Of a DNA stretch of 64,000 bases, positions 39,066-48,668 are shown one piece after another (within the stretch, counting starts at the first letter, position 1; each line of letters opens with the position of its first letter). The notes beneath the pieces were generated by a model, which did not search any database, was not told the origin of the DNA, and saw only the letters and a program-made list of their open reading frames with translations. The stretch is from a virus. Both the position numbers and the translations under genes were made by a program. The DNA is taken from IMG/VR virus record IMGVR_UViG_3300031952_002809, positions 57,554 through 121,553 of that record, one strand, 5' to 3'.

Positions 39066-39360
39066 ATTCATAAAGATGAGCGGAGATATACATTATGGAA
39101 AGTTATACCTACATGGAAGTTACTATATGGAAAAAAAGATTGTATATCTTGTTAATGTTTTGTTCCTCCTTTTCGATAAGTATATTGGCAAGCCTGAAGC
39201 GGTTGGTGAGAGAGTGGCACATGCTATCATTGGAGCGAGACATATGCTTTATCCCAATGGTGCAGGATGCTCTAAATCAGTTATCGACTCCATCCGCAAG
39301 GCATGGATCGGAAAATTTACGGTTGGATTAATGCGAGTTTTATTGGATAAAAAGGAATAG
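39052..39360 (+). CDS. Hypothetical protein
   Basis: Overlaps upstream stop. Confidence 0.45.
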   Translation: MNASKFIKMSGDIHYGKLYLHGSYYMEKKIVYLVNVLFLLFDKYIGKPEAVGERVAHAIIGARHMLYPNGAGCSKSVIDSIRKAWIGKFTVGLMRVLLDKKE

Positions 39361-39362
39361 AC

Positions 39363-39518
39363 ATGAATGAAATCCTTCAAATTGCTGACCAGGCTATTAG
39401 GTGGATTACTCTCATTGCTGGTGGTTTTATTGCTCTTCTTATTTTTATTTATCGTAGCAAAGTGAAGGAACTAGAAAAACTTACTTATCTGCTTAATTCT
39501 GTGCGGCTCGTTTACTAG
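39363..39518 (+). CDS. Small membrane protein (51 aa, not in ORF track)
   Basis: RBS AAGGA; MNEILQIADQAIRWITLIAGGFIALLIFIY. Confidence 0.55.
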   Translation: MNEILQIADQAIRWITLIAGGFIALLIFIYRSKVKELEKLTYLLNSVRLVY

Positions 39519-39638
39519 ATAAGAATAATAAGAAATTTAAAGTTAAGGTTACTGGAGCAAACGAAAGAATAAAAAATTTATTCAAACTTATAAATTTTGA
39601 TACCTTTTTAGAAAAGTACGATGCCGATAATAAGATAA

Positions 39639-39872
39639 ATGAATAATACTATGGAGATTCATATGAAATACATCATAGATGAAAAACTGGCTAATGCTAT
39701 CCTTAATTATTTAATTAGTCGTCCTTATGTTGAAGTAGCGAATCTTGTTCAAGGTTTGCATACTATGGTTCCTTATGAAGGGCCAACCAGAGACTTAAAA
39801 ACAGGTCCAGTTATACCACCACCATCGCAGTCTGATGTAGCAGTAATGCCGTTTAGTAAACCTTTAAAATAG
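39639..39872 (+). CDS. Small phage protein
   Basis: LANAILNYLISRPYVEVANLV; start probably 39663. Confidence 0.6.
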   Translation: MNNTMEIHMKYIIDEKLANAILNYLISRPYVEVANLVQGLHTMVPYEGPTRDLKTGPVIPPPSQSDVAVMPFSKPLK

Positions 39873-40067
39873 TAACTATATATATGAGGTTTGTAAAGGT
39901 TAGATTAATCTGCCTTTTTTTGAGCATTATTATTTTATAGTAGTGAGGGTACTATGGAATACTACATTTTAGCAGGGGCATACATACTTATAATTATTTT
40001 GATTGTGCGGGTTTTATTTTCAATAAAAATAAAATCAAAGAAGTAATTACTATTAAGGGGGTGTATT

Positions 40068-40457
40068 ATGAGTTTAAACTATAGAGAATTCAATCCAAAT
40101 TTAGATCACACTCAAGTCGAAGAAGTAACTGACTTTCTTGATACTACCTACAGGAAGTATACTAACAATGAGGATCGTTTGGGTAGAGCTGGACTTAAAA
40201 GGATAGCAGAAACAATTTGTACATATCCAGATGAATTCATAGAATTCATTACCAAGCTTAACATCGAGGATGACGATGAAGTAGATGACGAGGATGAAGC
40301 AGAGGATGATGATGAGGTAGAAGGGAAAGACGAAGCAGATGACGAGGATGAAGTAGATGAGAAAGATGATGACGAGGTAGAGGATGATGACGAAGTGGAT
40401 GAAGTAGATAGTACTGACGCATTAAAAGAAGAAGGGATAAAACCAATTAATGGATGA
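40068..40457 (+). CDS. Protein with highly acidic D/E tract
   Basis: ~50-aa DDDEVDDEDEAE low-complexity tract. Confidence 0.7.
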   Translation: MSLNYREFNPNLDHTQVEEVTDFLDTTYRKYTNNEDRLGRAGLKRIAETICTYPDEFIEFITKLNIEDDDEVDDEDEAEDDDEVEGKDEADDEDEVDEKDDDEVEDDDEVDEVDSTDALKEEGIKPING

Positions 40458-40584
40458 TCCTGAATTTGAATTCAGGGTATTTACTAAAAAAATTGCGTGT
40501 TGACAAAAAAGCTCACTATATTTACATGCACCCTAAGATTTCATTTCAAATATTTATAACTAAAAAAATTCAAGAAGGAGAAAG

Positions 40585-41098
40585 ATGAAGATGAAAAATT
40601 GTTTTACAAAAAAAAGCAAAGTGTTTAGTAATGCTCATTTGCGCACTGATGGTTGCAAGTTTTATTCCAAGCAGCTACGCAAAAGATGATAAGTGTGGAC
40701 ATGCAATTTCAGTAGAAGTAAATGAAGATGTTACTATTTTGCTAACTGATCTTAAGCATGAGGCAGACAAACAGGCAAAGAGAATACAAAATAAGCTTGA
40801 TTCAGAGAAATTTGCGCAGGAAGTTGAGCAAATTTCAAAAATAGCCAAGGACATTATTAAGGAACTCAAACAAAATGGTGATATAAAAAAATGTTCTAAG
40901 TTATTAAAGGAACTTACAAAAATTGAGAAACAAATTAAAGAAGCAAGAAACGTTGCGAAAGATGAAAGCATTTCAAGACGTGATATTAGAAAATACATGC
41001 ATTCTATTGAGAATATTTTTAATGAAGTAGTAGAATATGTAGAGCTGGAATGTTGTGAATGTACTGATGACAAAGATGCTGAGTCTAATAATAATTAA
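40585..41098 (+). CDS. Exported helical protein, frameshifted in an A8 tract
   Basis: RBS AAGGAG + ATG 40585 are 1 nt out of frame with the 40631-41098 ORF; A8 at 40608-40615. Confidence 0.55.
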
Positions 41099-41246
41099 TA
41101 TAATTGGGGAGAGCCAGTTGTAATTTGCAACAATATTCTCCCAAAAATCTCATCAAAGAACAGCCCCAGACAAAGTTTCTAGGGCAGACCCGTTTTTTAA
41201 AAAGGGTGTTCGGCACAATGTATAATTTTTTTCCAGATTTTGGATA

Positions 41247-41555
41247 TTATTGTTGTGCCGACTCCCGTTTTGCCTTCAAGCGTTCCAGGTGGCGCTTTTT
41301 GGCAGCCAAACCTTTTTCTGATTTATTATATTTAGTCTGATGTTCTAAATGCAATGCGTAGTTATCTTCCTGCCATTTTTTTCTCTTGGCATCAATTCGT
41401 GTCTTGTTCTGTTTATACCACTCTCTTTTCTTTTTCTTGTCGCACTCCTTGCAATAAGAACCATATCTGTTGATAGAGGATATATAATAAAAATCTTCTA
41501 TCGGAAGATTTTTTTCATGTCCAAGACAAAACTTTTCTACTTGTTTCTTCTTCAT
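41247..41555 (-). CDS. Small basic zinc-finger protein resembling phage endonuclease N-terminal domains
   Basis: CLGH..LPIEDFY..SYCKEC. Confidence 0.55.
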   Translation of the reverse strand: MKKKQVEKFCLGHEKNLPIEDFYYISSINRYGSYCKECDKKKKREWYKQNKTRIDAKRKKWQEDNYALHLEHQTKYNKSEKGLAAKKRHLERLKAKRESAQQ

Positions 41556-41580
41556 AACAATCCCTTACTTACCATAATAA

Positions 41581-41835
41581 TTAACTGATCACTGTATAAT
41601 TACATGCTGAAATATAGCTATACGCTGTGTGAATTAATACTGGGGTTTTCTTTCGAGCATTATCAATTGTAATTTTTGTACAATCAATAAGCTTGAGACT
41701 TCGTAGATGAGGAGCATTCACTTGTACCTTTTGACCAGTAGATAAAATAAATACGAAATCATCCTCGCCAGTTTTGTATGATGTTGTTACAGGGTACGAT
41801 CCGTTTTCAATGATACTCATAACATAAATCCTCAC
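41581..41835 (-). CDS. Hypothetical protein
   Basis: ORF in operon; start probably 41820. Confidence 0.5.
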   Translation of the reverse strand: MRIYVMSIIENGSYPVTTSYKTGEDDFVFILSTGQKVQVNAPHLRSLKLIDCTKITIDNARKKTPVLIHTAYSYISACNYTVIS

Positions 41836-42014
41836 TAGAAATGTATTAGATTTTTACTAAACAGGTAGCCAATGACTCCTGCTATGAATACAACTACAAG
41901 GAGATGGTTTAGCAGACGTGACCAATCTCCTTGTACTATGCAAGTCCCTACTATCAATAGCTCCCTAGCAACGAATATCACCAGGGGTATGAATATTAAT
42001 AGTATCCAAATCAT
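41835..42014 (-). CDS. Two-TM small membrane protein (59 aa, not in ORF track)
   Basis: MIWILLIFIPLVIFVARELL...LLVVVFIAGVIGYLF; ATGA-coupled to 42011-42202. Confidence 0.6.
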   Translation of the reverse strand: MIWILLIFIPLVIFVARELLIVGTCIVQGDWSRLLNHLLVVVFIAGVIGYLFSKNLIHF

Positions 42015-42202
42015 ACAGCCTTTTTCTTTGAAGTTCTTTTGTAGTCTGCTATGTCCTGTTCAACAGCTTTTTGAAACAGAGATGAACTATGCATTTGTCG
42101 TTTAAGTCCTCTCTCATTCAACGTTTCTGCATAGGCATCGTAGATTTCTATCGGAAGAAGTACAACTACAGACACTGCTTCCTTTTCTAAATTTCTTCTC
42201 AT
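42011..42202 (-). CDS. Ribbon-helix-helix-like small protein
   Basis: VSVVVLLPIEIYDAY...LFQKAV; RBS AAGGAG. Confidence 0.5.
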   Translation of the reverse strand: MRRNLEKEAVSVVVLLPIEIYDAYAETLNERGLKRQMHSSSLFQKAVEQDIADYKRTSKKKAV

Positions 42203-42264
42203 AGCATTCTCCTTATATTATATAACTAAGTTTCGGCATGAAAAGCTCTTTTAAATTAATTTTA

Positions 42265-42600
42265 TTAATTTTTTTGAAGAGCTCTCTGCTTTTTAATCTG
42301 CTCTACTCCTAAAGCAAGAGTAAGATTGAATCCTGCCGAAGTCCTATACGTATCTTGTACTGCAGGGAGACATGTAACATTGGTCGGAGCAGACTGAGTT
42401 GTCTTTGACGAGAACTTTGGTATAATATATGTTCGTAGGAATTTCCATACGATCTTAGCAAACAGTGCTATGAGCCCTTGAATTGTGTTAGCTACCATAT
42501 CCAATAATTCGAATAGAATAAAGACTCCTGTCCCTGTCTTTGCCGATCCTTTAATACTGTCAAGTAGCGTATACTCTTTAGGAAGTTTTGAGTTATACAT
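42265..42600 (-). CDS. Putative membrane protein
   Basis: RBS TGGAGG; hydrophobic core. Confidence 0.55.
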   Translation of the reverse strand: MYNSKLPKEYTLLDSIKGSAKTGTGVFILFELLDMVANTIQGLIALFAKIVWKFLRTYIIPKFSSKTTQSAPTNVTCLPAVQDTYRTSAGFNLTLALGVEQIKKQRALQKN

Positions 42601-42641
42601 AATGTCCTCCATTATAAAATTTAATTGGCGTAATCTATTTA

Positions 42642-42788
42642 CTAGTTAAAAAATGCTTTATAGATAATCCATAATACGAAACCCGTTGTAATGATCTTGG
42701 CGACGTAGTGCCCTACGATAGACCCTGCCATCCAAGAACCCATGAAATTGACGTAACGATTAGTAAGTTTATCTCTTTGTGCTTGCAT
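42642..42788 (-). CDS. Small membrane protein (48 aa, not in ORF track)
   Basis: RBS AAGGAG; MQAQRDKLTNRY...IITTGFVLWIIYKAFFN. Confidence 0.6.
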   Translation of the reverse strand: MQAQRDKLTNRYVNFMGSWMAGSIVGHYVAKIITTGFVLWIIYKAFFN

Positions 42789-42804
42789 GTCTTTTCTCCT
42801 TTTT

Positions 42805-44037
42805 TTAAATTATGCTTTCAAACACGTCATCGGTTGTTGCTGGAGAGCCCTCTACGCTGGCAACAACTGCACAACCTGTTATTCTGCTTCTTGGTGGGCA
42901 TACCAGTGCTTTTCTAACCGGTACAGGAGAACCTGATGCATCAAGAAAAGATACCAATGCTTCACCAATCTTAAGATTACCAATTGCTTTCTCAACATCC
43001 AGACTCGATTCATTTCTGAAAGTCTGCGCTACAGTTTTAACAGACTTCTGTTCCTTCGGAGTGAATGCACGTAACGAATGCTGAACACGATTACTGAGCT
43101 GAGCAAGAACTTTATCAGGAATATCCGAAGGGCTTTGAGTAACAAAGATTACACCCACACCTTTTGAACGAATAAGTCTGACCAGTTTCTCAACATTGTC
43201 TACTAAGACTTTGGGAGCGTCATCGAAGAGAAGGTGTGCTTCATCAAAGAAGAATACCATCTTCGGCTTTTCGAGGTCACCACATTCAGGCAGTGCCTTG
43301 TATAATTCTGCAATCAACCAGAGTAAGAATGTAGAGTACACCATTGGATTCTCATACAATTTCCGAGCTTTGAAGATATTGATAACCCCACGACCATCCT
43401 CAGTCTGCATGAAGCGCGTGACATCGAAAGGATTGTCAGAGAACAGAATATCTTTTCCGTCCTGTTCAAGCATCAGCATACTTCTTTGTATTGAAGTGTA
43501 GCTTTGCTTTGAGATTTTTCCATACTTAGATTCGAGAGAATCACTATACTGGATAATTGTATTGATTACCGAAGTCATGTCCTCAATGTTTCTGATATCA
43601 ACAAGATTGCCTTCACTTGAATAGTCACGAGCAATCTTGAACAACTGAGACAGAGATTCATTTTGGACATCGGACAGATTAAGTAATCGACTGAGTAAAA
43701 GAGGGGTGAGTCTATTAATAGAAGTCTTAAGCTCATCTCCTTCTTGACCAAAGACATCCCAACACCGAGTCGGGAATCCTTCAAACGAGAAGTCAGTCAA
43801 GTTCATAGAAGAAATACGTTCTTTGATTGCAGACGTTGCTTCTCCAGGTTGGTCTAATCCATACAAGTCACCTTTGATGTCAGCCATGAATACCGGCACA
43901 CCAATATTGCTGAAATTCTCAGCCATGACTCGTAGAGTTACAGTCTTCCCCGACCCACTGCTACCGGCGATAAGACCATGACGATTGGACATTGCAGGAA
44001 GCAGATGAAGTTCTTTACCATTCTTTGCAATTAACAT
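42805..44037 (-). CDS. DUF853/YjgR-like HerA/FtsK-family ATPase
   Basis: NRHGLIAGSSGSGKTVTL, VPVFMADIKGDL, FFFDEAHLLF, RLIRSKGVG, VTQSP, QHSLRAFTP. Confidence 0.9.
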   Translation of the reverse strand: MLIAKNGKELHLLPAMSNRHGLIAGSSGSGKTVTLRVMAENFSNIGVPVFMADIKGDLYGLDQPGEATSAIKERISSMNLTDFSFEGFPTRCWDVFGQEGDELKTSINRLTPLLLSRLLNLSDVQNESLSQLFKIARDYSSEGNLVDIRNIEDMTSVINTIIQYSDSLESKYGKISKQSYTSIQRSMLMLEQDGKDILFSDNPFDVTRFMQTEDGRGVINIFKARKLYENPMVYSTFLLWLIAELYKALPECGDLEKPKMVFFFDEAHLLFDDAPKVLVDNVEKLVRLIRSKGVGVIFVTQSPSDIPDKVLAQLSNRVQHSLRAFTPKEQKSVKTVAQTFRNESSLDVEKAIGNLKIGEALVSFLDASGSPVPVRKALVCPPRSRITGCAVVASVEGSPATTDDVFESII

Positions 44038-44051
44038 AATGCTAACCTCCA

Positions 44052-44306
44052 TTAACAAAATTTAATCATCAATACTATTGCTATCAATATGATAGCTCCC
44101 ATGATAAGTGCGGGTTTAATACTACTTACGAAAGAACCTACAAAAATAGAACCCTTTTCAGCAGCACCTTCTTTTAAAGATACTTTAAGTTTATTCCATT
44201 GGGGTGTGTTGCTGTCGTGGTCAGTCTCATATCCTTGCTCAAGAATTATTCTTCTATAAGCATCTTGCTGGCCTTGTTCCATTATTACCTTTCTTGATTC
44301 TTTCAT
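44052..44306 (-). CDS. Small protein with C-terminal TM
   Basis: First gene after promoter; RBS TGGAGGT. Confidence 0.6.
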   Translation of the reverse strand: MKESRKVIMEQGQQDAYRRIILEQGYETDHDSNTPQWNKLKVSLKEGAAEKGSIFVGSFVSSIKPALIMGAIILIAIVLMIKFC

Positions 44307-44331
44307 AAGATTACCTCCATAATCTATTTGA

Positions 44332-44360
44332 AGTATACCACATTTCTTGTAGTTTGTCAA
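44332..44360 (-). promoter_or_regulatory. sigma70-type early promoter
   Basis: TTGACA-17-TATACT, TGTG extended -10, upstream AAAAGCTA. Confidence 0.85.
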
Positions 44361-44399
44361 TAGCTTTTTAAAAGAAATTAAAAAAAAGTAAAAAAAGTA

Positions 44400-44924
44400 T
44401 CATATAAGATACTCAAGCATATCTTCTTTCTTATACAGAATCTCTTGCACAGTGTGGAGCAGTGCTATTTTTGAATGATCTTCGCCTATGCAAAGGCCAA
44501 TAATATTATCTAATCCAGAGGTAATCTTTATTAAAAGAGCTTCCCCTTTTAAAGGGGAAGCTCCAAATGAACGAGCAGAAGAATACTTCACTACTGCATA
44601 TGCTGATGCAACATAGGCTTCTCCGTTTTCCTCATTGTTAAGGGAAACAACCGGCATGTATATTTCCAGGATAGCATCTTTAACTACTTTTCCGGTCAGT
44701 AGCGATTCTACTTCAGGTACGATAGAGGTTAGATCATGCTGCCTAACTTTATTAAATTTCTTTGTTGCAATGTAGATACATAAATTTGAATTGGAGGTAT
44801 CACTAATACATATCTCCGTTACTTTTCTTGAAGGGTTGATCAAACATGAGTAGTTGCGTTCCTTCATTGTAGTATACACATTCTTAAATATTTCTCTTCC
44901 TATTTCAGTCATAGTATACCTCAC
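44400..44924 (-). CDS. Hypothetical protein (tail KEDMLEYLI)
   Basis: ORF in early operon. Confidence 0.6.
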   Translation of the reverse strand: MRYTMTEIGREIFKNVYTTMKERNYSCLINPSRKVTEICISDTSNSNLCIYIATKKFNKVRQHDLTSIVPEVESLLTGKVVKDAILEIYMPVVSLNNEENGEAYVASAYAVVKYSSARSFGASPLKGEALLIKITSGLDNIIGLCIGEDHSKIALLHTVQEILYKKEDMLEYLI

Positions 44925-45370
44925 AGTAAATCGGCTACAGCCGATTCCTTTAGTGTTTTAATACAGTCTTGTATATCATTCATTTGATTCTTTATTATCT
45001 CATGTGTGACATGCTCAGTAAACTTTTCTAAGATGCATGCTATGTATACGAGATCATCCAGGTTGATATAGATATTACCATCACCAATAGATTTTCCGAG
45101 TGTCTCCTTAGTAGGAGGAATACTTTTTTCTTTTTCATCATGCACATACAGTATTGTTCCTTCATAGTTCTGACCAGGAGTTGAGAATTGTAGCCTATCA
45201 AACTTTCCTATAAAAAGTTTAGTTCTACCAAACTCTGTGAGTTCTATTGTGTTTGTATAAAGACCTGCTGTCTTACTTAATTGTGTATTTGCTTTGTGGA
45301 TGCATTCAATTAAGTAATCCACTATGCGTAAATATTTGTTTATTCCATCAAGTCTATCCTGCATTGACAT
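44921..45370 (-). CDS. Hypothetical protein (tail KESAVADLL)
   Basis: RBS GGAGG; start revised. Confidence 0.6.
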   Translation of the reverse strand: MSMQDRLDGINKYLRIVDYLIECIHKANTQLSKTAGLYTNTIELTEFGRTKLFIGKFDRLQFSTPGQNYEGTILYVHDEKEKSIPPTKETLGKSIGDGNIYINLDDLVYIACILEKFTEHVTHEIIKNQMNDIQDCIKTLKESAVADLL

Positions 45371-45478
45371 ACTATCCCTCCGTACGAAGTTTTTGTTGTA
45401 TCTCCAAAGCATGCAATAAATCGTGCTCAGTAACGAATCCAAGCTCAAAAAGTATTATACCAAAATGGTTCCCTGTTA

Positions 45479-46123
45479 CTAATTATCCTCCAATTCGGAA
45501 GGATCAATCCCAAGAAGCGCACATGCAAACTCACGAGATCCAGAATCTTCTGGAATGTATTCCTCAGAAAGATATCCATTCTCGAATACATATCTTCCGC
45601 AGTTACTGCCAATATCCTCATCTGCATATTCAACAGTAAACTGAACATCGGTAAATATTTCACTGAGTCTTTTTATAATTGGTTTGGGTGTAGACCATGC
45701 TGTCTCAAAATAAATAAATTCTTCACCCATGTGTTGAGAGTAAGCATTCCATTTAGTTCCCCAATTCTTTATGCGCCATTTGTACCAATGAATATAACCA
45801 TACTTGATATAGTTATTGATGTATTTCTTAGTGAGATCGACTTCTTCTTCTGAGAGATCGAGAAGGACTTCAAAATTTTGTTTAAGCAATCCACACAGTT
45901 CTTCCTTATTTGATTTTACTTTTCTCAATAAGTCTTCGACTGTTGTTTCAGCGCGTGTCCCTGCTGTAATATCAAGTTCCTCTGGTTGTTCTATTATCTT
46001 ATTGAAGTCAATGCAGATTTCAGACCCCTGCTCATCACGGCCACCGTAGACGAATGCTTTGACTTCTTCTATACGTTGAGTACTGCCTGACATACTAAGA
46101 TGGTTTGTTACATGGTTTGGCAT
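45479..46123 (-). CDS. DUF1281/YubB ferredoxin-like-fold protein
   Basis: MPNHVTN..., IDFNKII..P, WYKWRIKNWGTKWNA, FETAWSTP, YADED. Confidence 0.75.
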   Translation of the reverse strand: MPNHVTNHLSMSGSTQRIEEVKAFVYGGRDEQGSEICIDFNKIIEQPEELDITAGTRAETTVEDLLRKVKSNKEELCGLLKQNFEVLLDLSEEEVDLTKKYINNYIKYGYIHWYKWRIKNWGTKWNAYSQHMGEEFIYFETAWSTPKPIIKRLSEIFTDVQFTVEYADEDIGSNCGRYVFENGYLSEEYIPEDSGSREFACALLGIDPSELEDN

Positions 46124-46136
46124 AATAAGTCCTCCT

Positions 46137-46379
46137 TTATATAGTCTCAACTACCAATAGTTCTTTTGCATCGTTGTCCAATTTGAGAATGCTTGCAGCG
46201 ATCTTAAGTCGGATAGTAGTATCAACACATTCCTTATTATTATAAGTACTGCGTTTCACATCATATCCTAGTTTAAGAGGGCACTGTTCACATAGTAAGG
46301 CTGAGTTGTCACACTTACCTTGCAGTTCCACAATTGCTCTGAGGTGTGCATATTCCTGAATGGTTAGATTAACTATCAT
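46137..46379 (-). CDS. Cys4 small protein (paralogue family)
   Basis: GKC..LCEQCPL..C; tail KELLVVETI. Confidence 0.65.
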   Translation of the reverse strand: MIVNLTIQEYAHLRAIVELQGKCDNSALLCEQCPLKLGYDVKRSTYNNKECVDTTIRLKIAASILKLDNDAKELLVVETI

Positions 46380-46621
46380 GCTGTTCCTCCTTTTTGTTTA
46401 AGTTCCTTGCAAGTTGCATTGATAAGCTTCTGTAATTTCCTTCGTAAAGATATATAGATGAGCTTATCGAGAATGCTGAGATCGAGGTCACGCACTCTTG
46501 TTTTATTAATGATGTCTGCTATCTCATTCATATTCTCCATAAGTCTTTCGGTATCGTTGCATCTATTTGATACTACCATATCTAATCTCAGGGTGTGCAG
46601 TTGTTCTCGAAGTGTTTTCAT
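46376..46621 (-). CDS. Hypothetical protein
   Basis: RBS AGGAG. Confidence 0.55.
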   Translation of the reverse strand: MKTLREQLHTLRLDMVVSNRCNDTERLMENMNEIADIINKTRVRDLDLSILDKLIYISLRRKLQKLINATCKELKQKGGTA

Positions 46622-46669
46622 GAGTATCTCCTTGTAGTTATCAACATACGATCCACACTTGTGGATAAG

Positions 46670-47320
46670 TTATATAGTGTCGGCTACGAAATCTTCTTTG
46701 CTCAGATAGACTTTTTCTATCTCTGTACGAGTTATACATCTTCCGTTTTTGTATAAATCATACGCTGTTTTTTTAGAGTTCTTCTTTAAATAGAAAGTAC
46801 TTGTATCTTCTTCCTTTTTTACAGAGCCTACAAAGGATGCAGTAAACACTAATATCCTACCTCGTGCAGTTGATGCATAGTAACGAGACGAGTATGGTTT
46901 CTCAGTGGTTTCTTCTTTCATTTTAATACTTGAAAAGTTAATTGCTGTTGGGAGTGTCCATTCCTTTTCAGTCCATGGAATCCACAGATGTGAGGTAAGT
47001 TTTTCTTGTATAGAATCTTCTGTAATAAAATAGAAATTTTCGTTTAATGTACAATTGATAACTTTCCAGATAATATCTAGTTTAGTTTTGATATTATCGA
47101 GAGAAGAATATTCTAATTTTATATTTTCTCGTTTCTCATTAATGAATGCTTTGTGTGCTCCCCAGGTTTGTTGAACAAAGGAATAGTTATGAATGTATTC
47201 AAGCTCAAGCTTTTGAGCTTGATTATTAGCTTGTTTCAATTGCATATTTAAGCGAGCAGTACGTGTCCACACTTCTATGCAGTCTTCTAGTATAGTAACC
47301 TTACTACGCATTGTGATCAT
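46670..47320 (-). CDS. Hypothetical protein (tail KEDFVADTI)
   Basis: ORF in early operon. Confidence 0.6.
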   Translation of the reverse strand: MITMRSKVTILEDCIEVWTRTARLNMQLKQANNQAQKLELEYIHNYSFVQQTWGAHKAFINEKRENIKLEYSSLDNIKTKLDIIWKVINCTLNENFYFITEDSIQEKLTSHLWIPWTEKEWTLPTAINFSSIKMKEETTEKPYSSRYYASTARGRILVFTASFVGSVKKEEDTSTFYLKKNSKKTAYDLYKNGRCITRTEIEKVYLSKEDFVADTI

Positions 47321-47795
47321 CCTCTTTTATTTCTTTCAGTTCGTTCTTTAAAAATTCTTTGAAGGCTTTCATTTCTTCTTCTGTTTCTTTCTTTCCCTTT
47401 CCCATATCTTTCAGGGAGTTTATAAGCTTTTCTATTTCCTCATCGGGATCAAAGTCTTTATGAGCAGCAGCTTCTTTGATTGCATTTTTTAATTCTTTAC
47501 GCAGTGATTCAAGACTGCCGAGTGAAACGATAGTGACTTCTTTTATATGAGAGAGTGTTTTCAATTGGGGGACGCTCAGTATAAGAAGGATACGAATACT
47601 GATGCGTACACTATTTGAAACAGTATCATTTCCAATGATTTGATTTTCTGCTGTCTCAACGAATCGGCTATACTGGCATGAGTCATTAAAGATTTTCAAG
47701 AAAGCATTGACGATGCTTTCAACATAATTCTCATTATTAAATCCGCATGCTTCTTTAATATTTTGTTTGCTGTGATCAAACTCTTTGGTAAACAT
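47304..47795 (-). CDS. Hypothetical protein
   Basis: First gene after promoter; RBS GGAG. Confidence 0.6.
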   Translation of the reverse strand: MFTKEFDHSKQNIKEACGFNNENYVESIVNAFLKIFNDSCQYSRFVETAENQIIGNDTVSNSVRISIRILLILSVPQLKTLSHIKEVTIVSLGSLESLRKELKNAIKEAAAHKDFDPDEEIEKLINSLKDMGKGKKETEEEMKAFKEFLKNELKEIKEDDHNA

Positions 47796-47819
47796 TTGTA
47801 TTCTCCATATTGTAATTGA

Positions 47820-47848
47820 ATTATACTACATCTTATAAGATTTGTCAA
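47820..47848 (-). promoter_or_regulatory. sigma70-type early promoter
   Basis: TTGACA-17-TATAAT, upstream AAAAGGTA. Confidence 0.85.
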
Positions 47849-47888
47849 TACCTTTTCAAAAGAATTTTAAATTTATTTTAAAATTATT

Positions 47889-48185
47889 TTAAATAAGATA
47901 CTCTACTATGAGTTGTTTCGCTCTGTCTTTTCCCCATTCATTTACAAGGTATTGCATGCAGAGTTCCACTTTCTTTTTTTGTGTAGTTATGTTCTTCTTT
48001 TCAAATTCAGTTGCACTTTCATTGTGTCTTCGTATTATTCGGATTGAGCAATCGAAGTCAGGGAAGTTTGACAGGGGACATTTCTTACATAGATCGTGCA
48101 TGGTAAAATTAAAGCATGTGCTTTCGTTTGAGTTAGCTATCAGTTCTATAGCCATCTTGTCTGTGTAGTTCAGTTTCTTTCTCAT
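47889..48185 (-). CDS. Cys4 paralogue
   Basis: C..LCKKCPL..C; YLVNEWGKDRAKQLIVEYLI. Confidence 0.7.
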   Translation of the reverse strand: MRKKLNYTDKMAIELIANSNESTCFNFTMHDLCKKCPLSNFPDFDCSIRIIRRHNESATEFEKKNITTQKKKVELCMQYLVNEWGKDRAKQLIVEYLI

Positions 48186-48394
48186 AGCAATTCCTCCGTG
48201 AGTCGTTCTTTAGTTTCCTTTTCACCGAGTACAGATATTAGCCATTGAACAGTGAGTTCTACTTTATTATTCTTTGGTATCTTTATTGCTTTAGCACAGA
48301 TTAGTTTATGCAGTGAGCATTCTAAACAGTTTGTTTCTTTATGGCATGAACCATTGTTTTTAATGATGGCGATTGCAGACTGTATTTTATTCAT
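48182..48394 (-). CDS. Cys4 paralogue
   Basis: IIKNNGSC..NCLECSL..C; WLISVLGEKETKERLTEELL. Confidence 0.7.
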   Translation of the reverse strand: MNKIQSAIAIIKNNGSCHKETNCLECSLHKLICAKAIKIPKNNKVELTVQWLISVLGEKETKERLTEELL

Positions 48395-48455
48395 ACTGGT
48401 TTCTCCTTTCGAGAGTATGTCCTACATATTGAAAAAGCAGGACATCTCCTATCAT

Positions 48456-48668
48456 TTATACAAGCATTTCGACGAGCAGTGCTTGAGTTTCTTCTTTACC
48501 GACTGCATTTATGAGATAGTGCATAGCCTGAGCTTTTATTACTTCGGGAATGCTTGTACATACATTGGGGAGAGGGCATGTTTCTTTTATACAATGTTTG
48601 TAAGGACGATTACAATGCCCGTTTTTCTTTATGATGGTAAGACATGTATCGATATGTGATGCTTTCAT
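48456..48668 (-). CDS. Cys4 paralogue
   Basis: IIKKNGHC..C..CPL..C; YLINAVGKEETQALLVEMLV. Confidence 0.7.
   Translation of the reverse strand: MKASHIDTCLTIIKKNGHCNRPYKHCIKETCPLPNVCTSIPEVIKAQAMHYLINAVGKEETQALLVEMLV

Noticed and set aside
22496-39630. sigma28-like late promoters (GCCGATA at 22517 and 39623)
   Set aside because: No TAAA at the expected spacing and only two instances.
40500-40530. + strand sigma70 promoter
   Set aside because: TTGACA is present but there is no good -10 at 16-18 bp.
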